A DNA stretch of 32,000 nt from Thermosulfurimonas dismutans (GCF_001652585.1 NZ_LWLG01000009.1:1-32000), one strand, 5' to 3'; counted from the first letter of the stretch, positions 15,336 through 23,859 are shown. The notes: a model not told the origin generated them from the letters alone. Translations and numbers: made by a program.

Positions 15336-16919
15336 ATGAAGGTTACTCTCCTAGACTACGGGGCGGGAAACGTGCGCAGCGTAGTGAACGCGCTCAAGGC
15401 CCTCGGGGCCGAGGTGCGTCCGGTGGAGCGCCCGGAGGATATCCTTTCCGCCGAGCGCCTGGTCTTTCCCGGAGTGGGAAACTTCGGGAGCATCATGCGG
15501 GCTCTTCACGAGCGGGGTTTCGTTGAGCCCCTCCGGGAGTATCTGCGGCAGAACCGGCCTTTTCTAGGAATCTGTCTAGGTCTTCAGGTACTCTTTGAGG
15601 GCAGTGAGGAAGCCCCGGGAGTAGCGGGCCTTGGCGTTTTTCCGGGTTTCGTAAGGCGGTTTCGTGTCGGGCTTTCCGTGCCCCACATCGGCTGGAACGG
15701 CGTAAAGGCCCGTAAACCCTCCCCTCTCTTCAACGGGCTTTCCGGGGAGGAAAAATTCTATTTCGTACACTCGTATTATGTGGAGCCGGCTGACACGGGC
15801 CTCGTTCTCACCACCACGGATTACGGCCTGGAGTTCGCAAGCGCCGTACAGCATGGAAACATCATAGCCGTTCAGTTTCATCCCGAAAAAAGCGGAAAGG
15901 CCGGCCTGAGGTTTTTGCAGAATTTCCTCGAAGGTGCGGGTAAAGCCGTACTTCCCCCAAAAATACCGGAACGCACCCGGCTTGCCCGGCGAATCATCGC
16001 CTGCCTGGATGTACGCTCCGACGACGAAGGGCGCCTGGTAGTCACTAAAGGCCTCCAATACGATGTCCGGGAAGGCGGGCGAGTAAGGGACATGGGAGAT
16101 CCGGTGGAGCTGGCCCATCGCTACTACCTTGAAGGCGCCGACGAAATCACTTTCCTAAACATCACCGGTTTTCGGGATTTTCCTCTCAAAGATATGCCCA
16201 TGCTCGAGGTCTTGAGACGGACCTCGGAGAAAGTCTTCGTGCCCCTTACCATCGGGGGCGGCATTAGGGACTTCACCGACCGCGACGGCACTCATTACAG
16301 CGCCCTTGAGGTGGCCGGGGCCTACTTCCGGGCCGGGGCAGACAAAGTCTCCATCGGAAGCGATGCCGTCTACATCGTGGAAGAATACCTCAAAACCGGG
16401 AAGGCCTCCGGCAAATCCTCCATTGAAACCATCTCAAGGGTCTATGGTCGTCAGGCGGTGGTCATCTCCATCGATCCCAAGAGGTGCTATGTAACAAGTC
16501 CTTCAGAGACCCCCCATCCTGTAATAGAGACCGAAATCCCTGGCCCGAACGGAGAGCGCTACTGCTGGTTCCAGTGCACGGTCAAAGGTGGACGAGAGGT
16601 CCGGGACGTGGATGCCGTTACACTCGCTAAGGTCTGCGAGGAACTCGGAGCCGGGGAAATTCTTCTAAACAGCATTGATCGGGACGGCACCAACCAGGGC
16701 TACGACTTAGAACTCATTCGGGCAGTGAAGGAGGCTGTAAGCATTCCGGTGATTGCCTCAAGCGGGGCCGGACGAGTAGAACATTTCTATCAGGTCTTTG
16801 CGAAAACGGAGGCCGAGGCGGCGCTGGCGGCCGGGATCTTTCACCGCCGAGAGGTGGAAATACCAGAGGTGAAGAAATACCTCCACGAAAAGGGTATCGA
16901 GGTAAGACCGATCTCATAA
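15336..16919 (+). CDS. hisHF: Bifunctional imidazole glycerol-phosphate synthase, HisH (glutaminase) fused to HisF (cyclase)
   Basis: N-terminal HisH motifs (LLDYGAGN, GICLGLQ, VQFHPEKSG). The C-terminal HisF domain starts at RIIACLDVR, with GADKVSIG, AVVISIDPKR, GAGEILLNSIDRDGT and PVIASSGAG. Long insertions are present relative to stand-alone bacterial HisF. Confidence 0.9.
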   Translation: MKVTLLDYGAGNVRSVVNALKALGAEVRPVERPEDILSAERLVFPGVGNFGSIMRALHERGFVEPLREYLRQNRPFLGICLGLQVLFEGSEEAPGVAGLGVFPGFVRRFRVGLSVPHIGWNGVKARKPSPLFNGLSGEEKFYFVHSYYVEPADTGLVLTTTDYGLEFASAVQHGNIIAVQFHPEKSGKAGLRFLQNFLEGAGKAVLPPKIPERTRLARRIIACLDVRSDDEGRLVVTKGLQYDVREGGRVRDMGDPVELAHRYYLEGADEITFLNITGFRDFPLKDMPMLEVLRRTSEKVFVPLTIGGGIRDFTDRDGTHYSALEVAGAYFRAGADKVSIGSDAVYIVEEYLKTGKASGKSSIETISRVYGRQAVVISIDPKRCYVTSPSETPHPVIETEIPGPNGERYCWFQCTVKGGREVRDVDAVTLAKVCEELGAGEILLNSIDRDGTNQGYDLELIRAVKEAVSIPVIASSGAGRVEHFYQVFAKTEAEAALAAGIFHRREVEIPEVKKYLHEKGIEVRPIS

Positions 16920-16983
16920 TCGATTAAGAAAATGTTTAGACGTCCGATCGGGAAAGACATGAGAAGGTTAAGAGTTTGGAGTT

Positions 16984-18315
16984 ATGGCCATGGATAAAAA
17001 ATTCTTGCTCGCGGCGAAATGGATTCTTCCAGCCTGGGATAGAGAACCAATAAAGGACGGCGCCCTTTTGATCCGGGACGGAAAAATAGAGTCCCTGGGG
17101 CCCCGTGAGGAGCTTGTCGCCCAACATCCCGGCCTTCCGGTGGAGGATCTCGGGGAAGCCCTGATTTTTCCAGGGCTCATTAATGCCCACACCCACGCCT
17201 CCATGACCATCTTCCGGGGACTGGCGGATGACCTTCCCCTCATGACTTGGCTTCAGGAATACATCTTTCCGGTGGAAAGCCATCTCAAGGGGGAATGGGT
17301 TTACTGGGGGGCAAGGCTCGCCATCGCTGAAATGATCCGGGCCGGGGTAACCTGTTTTTGCGACATGTATCTATTTGAACCTTGGGTAATCCGGGCGGTA
17401 GAGGAAACCGGCCTAAGAGCCGCCCTCGGAGAAGGGCTTTTTGACTTTCCCTCCCCGGGCTATGGGCCGCTTGAAAAAGGTCTGGCTCTAACAGAAGACC
17501 TCTTACAGAGCTATGAAAAACACCCCCGAATAAACATCATCGTTTGTCCGCACGCGGTCTATACCTGTTCCCCCGAAACTCTTAAAAAAGTCCGAGAAAT
17601 CGCCGAAAGACACGAAGCCATCATACATATCCATCTTTCCGAAACCGAAGATGAGGTCCAGCAGTGCCTTGAGCGCTACGGACGGCGCCCGGTAGCCCAT
17701 CTCAGAGAATTGGGGCTGCTAAACAAAAGTCTCCATATTGCACACGCGGTAGAACTTACAGAGGAGGAGATCGAGCTCCTGGCTTCCACCGGAGTCTCCG
17801 TGGCCCACTGTCCGGAAAGCAATCTCAAGCTCGGCTCAGGGGTGGCCCGGATACCGGAGATGATTGCGGCCGGAGTAAAGGTCTCCCTTGGAACCGACGG
17901 TCCAGCCAGCAACAACGACCTTGATCTCCTTTCTGAAATGCGAACCGCAGCCCTCATTCAGAAAGGATTGAGACGAGATCCTACTGTGCTCCCGGCAAAG
18001 GAAGTCTTTCGCATGGCCACCGAGGCCGGAGCCCGGGCTTTAGGTTTTCCCCACTGCGGTCGGCTTGAGCCTGGCTACCAGGCCGACCTGGCGGCCCTTG
18101 ACCTCGAGACCACCAGTCTGACTCCAGTCCACGATCCTCTTTCGCTCCTGGTCTATAGCGCCCGGGCCGGTGAGGTCTCGGACCTCATGGTGGAGGGTCG
18201 GTGGCTCATGCGCGAGGGCCGGATCCTCACCTTCGACGAAAAGGAAACCCGCACACAGGTGACCCTCATCGCCGAAGAGATCCAGGCCCTCCTTCGCGAG
18301 CGCCCTACTCCCTAA
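16984..18315 (+). CDS. mtaD: 5-methylthioadenosine/S-adenosylhomocysteine deaminase (amidohydrolase family)
   Basis: [13 protein letters not shown] metal-binding HxH motif, [31 protein letters not shown]. Confidence 0.8.
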   Translation: MAMDKKFLLAAKWILPAWDREPIKDGALLIRDGKIESLGPREELVAQHPGLPVEDLGEALIFPGLINAHTHASMTIFRGLADDLPLMTWLQEYIFPVESHLKGEWVYWGARLAIAEMIRAGVTCFCDMYLFEPWVIRAVEETGLRAALGEGLFDFPSPGYGPLEKGLALTEDLLQSYEKHPRINIIVCPHAVYTCSPETLKKVREIAERHEAIIHIHLSETEDEVQQCLERYGRRPVAHLRELGLLNKSLHIAHAVELTEEEIELLASTGVSVAHCPESNLKLGSGVARIPEMIAAGVKVSLGTDGPASNNDLDLLSEMRTAALIQKGLRRDPTVLPAKEVFRMATEAGARALGFPHCGRLEPGYQADLAALDLETTSLTPVHDPLSLLVYSARAGEVSDLMVEGRWLMREGRILTFDEKETRTQVTLIAEEIQALLRERPTP

Positions 18316-19564
18316 TCTGGCCTTCCCCGAAAACGATGAATTTCATGGCCGTCAGTTCCTCTAGGGCCATTGGGCCGTAAGCGTGTAGCTTGGTGGTGGA
18401 GATCCCGATCTCGGCGCCTAGGCCCAACTCCCCACCGTCGTTGAACCGGGTGGAAGCATTCACCATAACCACCGAGGCATCCACTTCTTTAAGAAAACGC
18501 ATGGCCCGGTGGTAATCCTCGGTGACGATGGTCTCGGTATGATTAGAGCCATAGCGGGCAATATGGTCTAGGGCCTCATCCATGGAGGGCACCACCCGGA
18601 CTGCAAGGATAAGGTCCAGATACTCCGCGTCCCAGTCCTCTTCGGTGGCCTCCTTGGCCCAGGATACGAGTTTCCGGGTCTCGGGACAGCCTCGGAGCTC
18701 CACTCCGTGGGCCTTAAAATCCTCGGCCACCACCGGCAGGAACTTTTCGGCCACCTCCCGGTGAACCAAAAGGGTCTCCATGGCGTTACAGACCCCGGGA
18801 CGCTGAACCTTGGCGTTCACTGCAATTCGACGGGCCATCTCAAGGTCCGCAAATTTGTCCACGTATACGTGGCAAACCCCCTTGAAGTGTTTAAGGACCG
18901 GGATGCGCGAGTTTTCGGTAACGAACCGGATAAGGCCCTCGCCTCCTCGGGGGATGATAAGGTCTATGTATTCATCAAGGGTAAGGAGAACGTTTACAGC
19001 CGCCCGATCCGTGGTGGGGATGACCTGTACGGCTTCCTCGGGGGCCCCGGAGGACCGTAGGGCCTCCTGAAAGATCCTGGCCAGCGCCAAATTGGAGTTA
19101 ATGGCTTCCGAGCCCCCGCGAAGGATAACGGCGTTTCCGCTCTTGAAACACAAACCTGCGGCGTCAATGGTCACATTGGGCCGGCTCTCGTAGATCATGG
19201 CGATCACCCCCAGAGGGATCCGCATCCGTCCCACCCAGAGGCCGTTCGGTCTCCGCCACATTTTGACCACCTCGCCCACCGGATCCGGAAGGGCCGCCAC
19301 TTCCTCAAGCCCTCGGGCCATGCCCTCAATGACCTTATCCGAAAGAGTGAGCCGGTCTATCAGGGCCGCCGAAAGCCCCTTTTCCCGGGCGTAAGCCAAA
19401 TCCTTTTCGTTTTCGGCCTGAAGAAAGGCCTTCTCCTCCCGGAGACGCCTTGCAGTCTCAAGCAGAACCCGATTTTTGACCTCGGTGGAAAGGGAGGTCA
19501 ATTTCCTTGAAGCCTCCCGAGCCTTTCGAGCGATCTCGGTTACCAGAGTTTCAATTTCCGCCAT
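18305..19564 (-). CDS. proA: Gamma-glutamyl phosphate reductase
   Basis: Full-length aldehyde-dehydrogenase-type ProA pattern ([58 protein letters not shown]). Confidence 0.9.
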   Translation of the reverse strand: MAEIETLVTEIARKAREASRKLTSLSTEVKNRVLLETARRLREEKAFLQAENEKDLAYAREKGLSAALIDRLTLSDKVIEGMARGLEEVAALPDPVGEVVKMWRRPNGLWVGRMRIPLGVIAMIYESRPNVTIDAAGLCFKSGNAVILRGGSEAINSNLALARIFQEALRSSGAPEEAVQVIPTTDRAAVNVLLTLDEYIDLIIPRGGEGLIRFVTENSRIPVLKHFKGVCHVYVDKFADLEMARRIAVNAKVQRPGVCNAMETLLVHREVAEKFLPVVAEDFKAHGVELRGCPETRKLVSWAKEATEEDWDAEYLDLILAVRVVPSMDEALDHIARYGSNHTETIVTEDYHRAMRFLKEVDASVVMVNASTRFNDGGELGLGAEIGISTTKLHAYGPMALEELTAMKFIVFGEGQIRE

Positions 19565-19669
19565 CCCATTCCCTCCTCTAAAGGTTTTCCCCTATTTAAT
19601 CGTGGCCCTATCCAAACGCAAGTCAAATTTTCAATTGAACACCGAAGCAGAATAGATTACAAAAGGATT

Positions 19670-20176
19670 ATGAAAGGCTTTGAGCATTATTTTTTAATCA
19701 AAAGCCAAGAATTCGATTCCGCTTGTCTTAAAATCCGTAAATTCCTTGATAGATATGAACTTTTATCCTACGACCGCCTTGAGTTTGACCCTAGGGCTTC
19801 CAGGAACGGTTCAGATCCTGCCTTTAAAAAGGTCCTAGAAGAAATTCAAGCCCGCAACCGTGAAATTATAAAAGGTCTCTTGGAAGAATTTTCTCGAAAA
19901 GGCTATTCCCGCCTAGAAGATCTAGCCGAAATCCCTCAGGGATACCTCTCCAAGCTCTTTCATACCCTAGCCCATCTGCTGGACGGTTTCTTAGGGATAG
20001 ACTCTTACTTTTATAATCTTGAAGAGGATTCCCACTGGGTAAGTCCGAAAATGGAACAGGAACTTTCGCGAAACCCGGAGTCCTTTTGGTTAATCAAAGT
20101 TTGCGGATTCACCAGTATCTCTGAAACCAAATTTGAAATTCTAAGTCCGCCAAGCAAAAGAATCAAATTGGAATAA
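19670..20176 (+). CDS. Hypothetical protein (no recognisable domain), AT-rich gene
   Basis: 168-codon ORF in a visibly AT-richer segment. No motif I can place. Weak SD (AAAGGA, short spacing). Confidence 0.45.
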   Translation: MKGFEHYFLIKSQEFDSACLKIRKFLDRYELLSYDRLEFDPRASRNGSDPAFKKVLEEIQARNREIIKGLLEEFSRKGYSRLEDLAEIPQGYLSKLFHTLAHLLDGFLGIDSYFYNLEEDSHWVSPKMEQELSRNPESFWLIKVCGFTSISETKFEILSPPSKRIKLE

Positions 20177-20239
20177 TAATACCTAGCCAAGTCCAAAAGA
20201 TGTCTTATTTTATTTTAAAAGCCTTCGAAAGGAGAAATT

Positions 20240-20500
20240 ATGGACGAAAGAAAAATTAATTCCGAAATCATCTGTCAAAAGATTCATGAAGTTTATCCAG
20301 ACATAGGGGCCTGCGGTATAGAAGTAAAAGTCGATTGGGATGAAAATGTAGGACACTGGGTAGTCTATTTAGAAAAGGGAGAAAAAACTCTTAAGACCTA
20401 TCTTGAACCGGAAGAAATTGAGGCCTGCCTGGCTGGCAAACAATGTGTTTCTTTAGGCATACAGATAGGACAGCTTAAACAATACCACGGACTACTATAA
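20240..20500 (+). CDS. Hypothetical small protein with four Cys residues
   Basis: 86-codon ORF with a good SD (AAAGGAG, about 6 nt spacing). Same strand and composition as the upstream ORF. Confidence 0.5.
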   Translation: MDERKINSEIICQKIHEVYPDIGACGIEVKVDWDENVGHWVVYLEKGEKTLKTYLEPEEIEACLAGKQCVSLGIQIGQLKQYHGLL

Positions 20501-20516
20501 TTGATCGTTGAAGATT

Positions 20517-20524
20517 TCAATTTA
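20517..20524. repeat. Target-site duplication TCAATTTA (left) of the IS256-family element
   Basis: The same 8-mer at 21786-21793 abuts the other IS terminus. Confidence 0.85.
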
Positions 20525-21785
20525 GGGACTGTCCACCCTTCTGTGTAAATCCCATTATAGCCTATCCTCAAATAAAATTGAGAGCTGGGCGTAAATTGAA
20601 GGCCAATCCTTAATAGGGCGGCGCCATTTCCTCTCAAGCTCCATGGCCGCCATGTATAGACACTTAAGCAGAGACTCCTCTGTCGGAAAAACCCTCCTGC
20701 CCGCTGTTGCCTTCCGAAATTTGCTGTTTACGCTCTCTATGATGTTCGTGGTATACATTACCCGCCTTATTTCAACCGGATACCTGAAAAACGTCGTTAA
20801 AGCCTCCCAATTCGCCTCCCAGCTCTTTACCACATGGGGATACTTTTCGCCCCATTTGGCCGAAAAATCTTCAAATTCTCTTTCGGCTACCTCAAGTGTA
20901 GGGGCCCCGTAAACCTTCTTGAGATCTCGGGCCAGCTCCCTTTTGTCTTTCCAAGAAACATATCTCAAAGAATTCCTGATCTGGTGTACCACACACCTCT
21001 GAATATCCGCCTTCGGAAAGGTTGCCTCTATAGCTTTATCTAACCCTGTTAACCCATCCACGCTGAAAATGAAGACATCTCTTACCCCCCGAGCCTTAAG
21101 ATCATTGAGCACTCCTAGCCAAAATCGGCTAGACTCTGTCCCATCTATCCAAAAGCCCAAAATTTCCTTGTAGCCTTCAAGATCTATACTTATAACTACA
21201 TAGATGGCTTTCTTCCTTACTTGACCATCCTCTCGGATATTGTAGAAAATGCAATCGATCCAAAGTAGAAAATATTTTTCTTTGAGTGGACGGGCTTGCC
21301 ATTCCTTGATCTTGGGCAGAATCCGGTCTGTGATCTTGGAAATCAGAGAAGGGCTTACGTCAAAACCATACATATCAGAAAGAATCTCCTGGATATCTCG
21401 GGTACTCATACCCTTGGCATAAAGGGCTGTTATCTGATTTTCTATCTCATCAAGCATGGTTTGACGCTTCCTGATAAGTTGGGGCTCAAATTCCCCTTTC
21501 CGGTCTCTGGGAACTAGGAGCTCAATAGGGCCACAGGTGGTTTTCACGCTCTTGGGAGTGTAGCCGTTCCGATAATTGTCCGAATCAGAGCGCTCGTACT
21601 TCTTGTAGCCTAAGAACTCTTCCAGTTCGGCTTCCAGGACCTCTCCCAGGAATTCTCGAGTAAACTCTTTGATGGTGGCTTGTACTTCCTGTGGCTTAGG
21701 GGCCTTCTGAATTTTGCTCATGGTGTCCACCCTCCTTTTTGTGATTTGGTCATTTTACAATTTCCACAATTGGGTGGACACTCCC
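20525..21785 (-). mobile_element. Intact IS256-family insertion sequence (1261 bp)
   Basis: Imperfect terminal IRs: GGGACTGTCCACCC... (20525 onward) and the reverse complement of GGGTGGACACTCCC (ending 21785). 8-bp TSD. One mutator-type transposase ORF. Confidence 0.9.
20555..21721 (-). CDS. IS256-family (Transposase_mut) transposase
   Basis: Typical family blocks: YERSDSDNYRNGY, LVPRDRKGEF, ALYAKGMSTRDI, LWIDCIF, SVDGLTGL, QRCVVHQIRN, TTNIIESVN. I prefer the ATG at 21721 (SD AAGGAGGG) over the GTG at 21730. Confidence 0.9.
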   Translation of the reverse strand: MSKIQKAPKPQEVQATIKEFTREFLGEVLEAELEEFLGYKKYERSDSDNYRNGYTPKSVKTTCGPIELLVPRDRKGEFEPQLIRKRQTMLDEIENQITALYAKGMSTRDIQEILSDMYGFDVSPSLISKITDRILPKIKEWQARPLKEKYFLLWIDCIFYNIREDGQVRKKAIYVVISIDLEGYKEILGFWIDGTESSRFWLGVLNDLKARGVRDVFIFSVDGLTGLDKAIEATFPKADIQRCVVHQIRNSLRYVSWKDKRELARDLKKVYGAPTLEVAEREFEDFSAKWGEKYPHVVKSWEANWEALTTFFRYPVEIRRVMYTTNIIESVNSKFRKATAGRRVFPTEESLLKCLYMAAMELERKWRRPIKDWPSIYAQLSILFEDRL

Positions 21786-21793
21786 TCAATTTA
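21786..21793. repeat. Target-site duplication TCAATTTA (right)
   Basis: Identical to 20517-20524. Confidence 0.85.
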
Positions 21794-21794
21794 A

Positions 21795-22187
21795 TCTTTT
21801 AAGCTCTCTGAAAAAGATATCCAAGATGCCGTGGAGAAAGTTTCCGAAGAACTCAAGCGTCGAAACGAAGTCTTTCGAGAGGGGCGTCCCTACCCTGATC
21901 TTTCAAAAAAGACGGTTATTCTGGTAGATGACGGCCTTGCCTCAGGGTTTACTATGCTAGCCGGGGTAAACATGGTCAAACGCAAAGGGGCTTCTAAAGT
22001 TATTGTGGCTGTTCCCACGGCTTCTCCTTCAAGTATCAAACGCCTGGGCCACTTGGCAGACGAAATCTATTGCCCCAATATCCGAAGCGGTCCCTACTTT
22101 GCAGTCGCCGAAGCTTACCAAAACTGGCACGACCTAACCTACGAGGAAGTCCTTGAAATCTTGAAATCCTATTTAGAACATTATTAA
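21795..22187 (+). pseudogene. 5'-truncated phosphoribosyltransferase-family gene (C-terminal half only)
   Basis: Retains the PRPP-binding loop TVILVDDGLASGFTM and the C-terminal region. The roughly 90-100 N-terminal residues expected for this family are absent, and a stop codon lies immediately upstream in frame (21792-21794). Confidence 0.65.
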
Positions 22188-22837
22188 TATTTTTTTCCTA
22201 CTTCCTCCACGGAAAGTAGCTTCACCCTCCCCGGCCTTTCAAACTCGCACACCGCCACGTTGCGCACGCCTCGATAGCGGTCCGCGATGAGCATGTCGAG
22301 CCCGATCCACTTGGTCGGTCTTTCGCCCATGGGCCCGCGGACGCCCTGCCCGTAATGGGGCATGTGCCCGTGGAAAGAAAGCACGGGCCGAAAGTGACAG
22401 ATGAGACGATCCACCATAGGGGAGCCCACGGCGGCGTAGACGGCCTCCTCCCAGGTCGCTCCGCCCGCCGGTTTCACCGGCCACTCGTGAGCGATGAGAA
22501 GGCCTGCGCCCGGAACCTCGAAGAGCAGTCTTTCTTTGTCTTCTAGGTTGTGGTAGTAAAAATTTCTCGGCGAGGTCACGCAGAACTCTCACTTCATACG
22601 GTTGTAGATTCCCGAAAGGGCCACCACCCGCATACCGAACACCTAAACCACGGTACACCGCCCAAGAAAGAAAATATTCGGAGCAAGCTCATAGGGCGGA
22701 GAGACTCCCGCCTCACGCATCTTATCTTCTTCAAAGGCTAGATACGGCCAGTCCTCATGGTTCCCGCCGACGCAGTAGACTGGAATGGGAAGTTTAATAT
22801 CTCCGTGATATGGCCTGCACCTCATCGTCAAAGACAT
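22184..22837 (-). pseudogene. Metallophosphoesterase pseudogene (5'-truncated, two in-frame stop codons)
   Basis: One frame carries ...PVYCVGGNHEDW..., then NIFFLGRCTVV, TAG (22645-22643), VFGMRVVALSGIYNRMK, TGA (22591-22589), then EFCVTSPRNFYY...LLIAHEWP...SFHGHMPH. The N-terminal DxH/GD motifs are absent. Confidence 0.7.
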
Positions 22838-23005
22838 TGTAGATAATATGTAATTATTAGCTATTTTACCGGGAAACAATGGCCGCGTGGCTAAAAATCG
22901 AGATCTTATTGGATCAGGAATAAGGAAAAAGGCTTGCTCTATCCTCTGTAACACATTATCTTTCAGTCAGTTGGTAAAGAAAATTCTTTATTGGAGGTCT
23001 CCTGT

Positions 23006-23254
23006 ATGGGACGTACCACAAAGATAGTAAATTTTTCTCTGCCTCTGGAACTTTACGAAAAGACGGAAAAGTTAGCTCGTCGCAGAAAAGTTTCTAAAAG
23101 TCGCATCCTGAAAGAAGCTCTTGAGGCTTATGTAGCTTCGGAAGAAAGATGGGAAAAACTGCGGGCCTGGGGAACCGAGACGGTGAAGGCTCTGGGTCTA
23201 AAAGACGAGGGGGATGTAGAAAAACTCGTTCATGAATTTCGGGAAGCTCTTTGA
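23006..23254 (+). CDS. Ribbon-helix-helix (CopG-like) antitoxin
   Basis: N-terminal beta-strand plus helices (TKIVNFSLPLELYEKTEKLARRRKVSKSRILKEALEAY). SD GGAGG 8 nt upstream. 4-nt overlap with the PIN gene. Confidence 0.7.
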   Translation: MGRTTKIVNFSLPLELYEKTEKLARRRKVSKSRILKEALEAYVASEERWEKLRAWGTETVKALGLKDEGDVEKLVHEFREAL

Positions 23255-23676
23255 TTAGAACGGTATTCGATACCAATATATATCTTTCGGCCCTGCTTTT
23301 TGGCGGGACATGTGCCGAGCTAAGAAATCTTGCCAGAAAAGGAAAAATTGAAGTTTTTGTCTGTGAAGCTATCCTGGCCGAGGTGGCCGGGGTTCTCAGG
23401 AGAAAATTCGGGTGGAACCACTATCAGATCAGCCTTACCTTGGCGGAAATCAGAAGCTTCACCACCGTAATTTTTCCGCTTGAGCGAGTAGAAGTCATTA
23501 TAGAAGATCCTGCAGACAACCGGGTGCTTGAGTGCGCGCTTGAAGCAAAGGCTGAGTATGTAATTTCGGGAGACCGAAAGCATCTTCTACCCCTTAAAGA
23601 ATTTCAAGGCATACGGATTGTTAGCCCCAGGGAGTTCCTGGAGCTATTCGTTTCCAGAAAAGTGGACGAGGGTTGA
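23251..23676 (+). CDS. PIN-domain toxin (PIN_3-like)
   Basis: FDTNIYLSALLFGG at the N-terminus, DPADNRVLECALEAKAEYVISGD acidic motifs. TTG start inside the TTGA overlap with the antitoxin stop. Confidence 0.7.
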   Translation: MIRTVFDTNIYLSALLFGGTCAELRNLARKGKIEVFVCEAILAEVAGVLRRKFGWNHYQISLTLAEIRSFTTVIFPLERVEVIIEDPADNRVLECALEAKAEYVISGDRKHLLPLKEFQGIRIVSPREFLELFVSRKVDEG

Positions 23677-23683
23677 ATGTTCT

Positions 23684-23859
23684 TGAAGTGCCCCCCATTT
23701 TTGACACACCCTTTATGTTAAGCGAAAACACTAGGAAGGAGGAGGGGCACTATGAGGAAACGCTTTGAAATCGACCAAATCATAAGAATCCCGGCGAGTG
23801 CCCCAAAGGTGCCCAGGAAGATTTTGCCGTTTACAAGTCCTGAAGAAATCGTTAACTTT
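23684..23859 (+). mobile_element. Remnant of an IS3-family element: left terminal repeat plus a decayed orfA 5' stub
   Basis: TGAAGTGCCCCCCATTTTTGACACA resembles IS3-family IRL (TGA... start, C-run). A strong SD AGGAAGGAGGAGG and the ATG at 23752 open MRKRFEIDQIIRI..., like IS3 OrfA N-termini. The reading frame then runs into the tRNA. Assignment is from memory of family consensus only. Confidence 0.4.

Noticed and set aside
15576-16118. Long antisense or off-frame ORFs inside well-supported genes (e.g. 15576-16118 and 15878-16093 in hisHF; 16936-17283 and 17676-17957 in mtaD; 18582-19394 in proA; 27314-27832 in dnaB; 29633-30526 and 30576-31081 in serA; 12194-13159 in the sugar transferase gene; 7005-7403 in the chain-length gene)
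   Set aside because: They are Arg/Pro/Ser/Gly-rich with no motifs, and each fully overlaps a gene with strong family signatures. This is the usual open-frame artefact of GC-rich coding DNA.
22589-22645. In-frame TGA and TAG in the phosphoesterase gene read as selenocysteine or pyrrolysine recoding
   Set aside because: Two different stop codons occur within 55 nt. Neither falls at a position where Cys or Lys would be catalytic. The gene also lacks its 5' end and its N-terminal metal-binding motifs. Decay is the simpler explanation.
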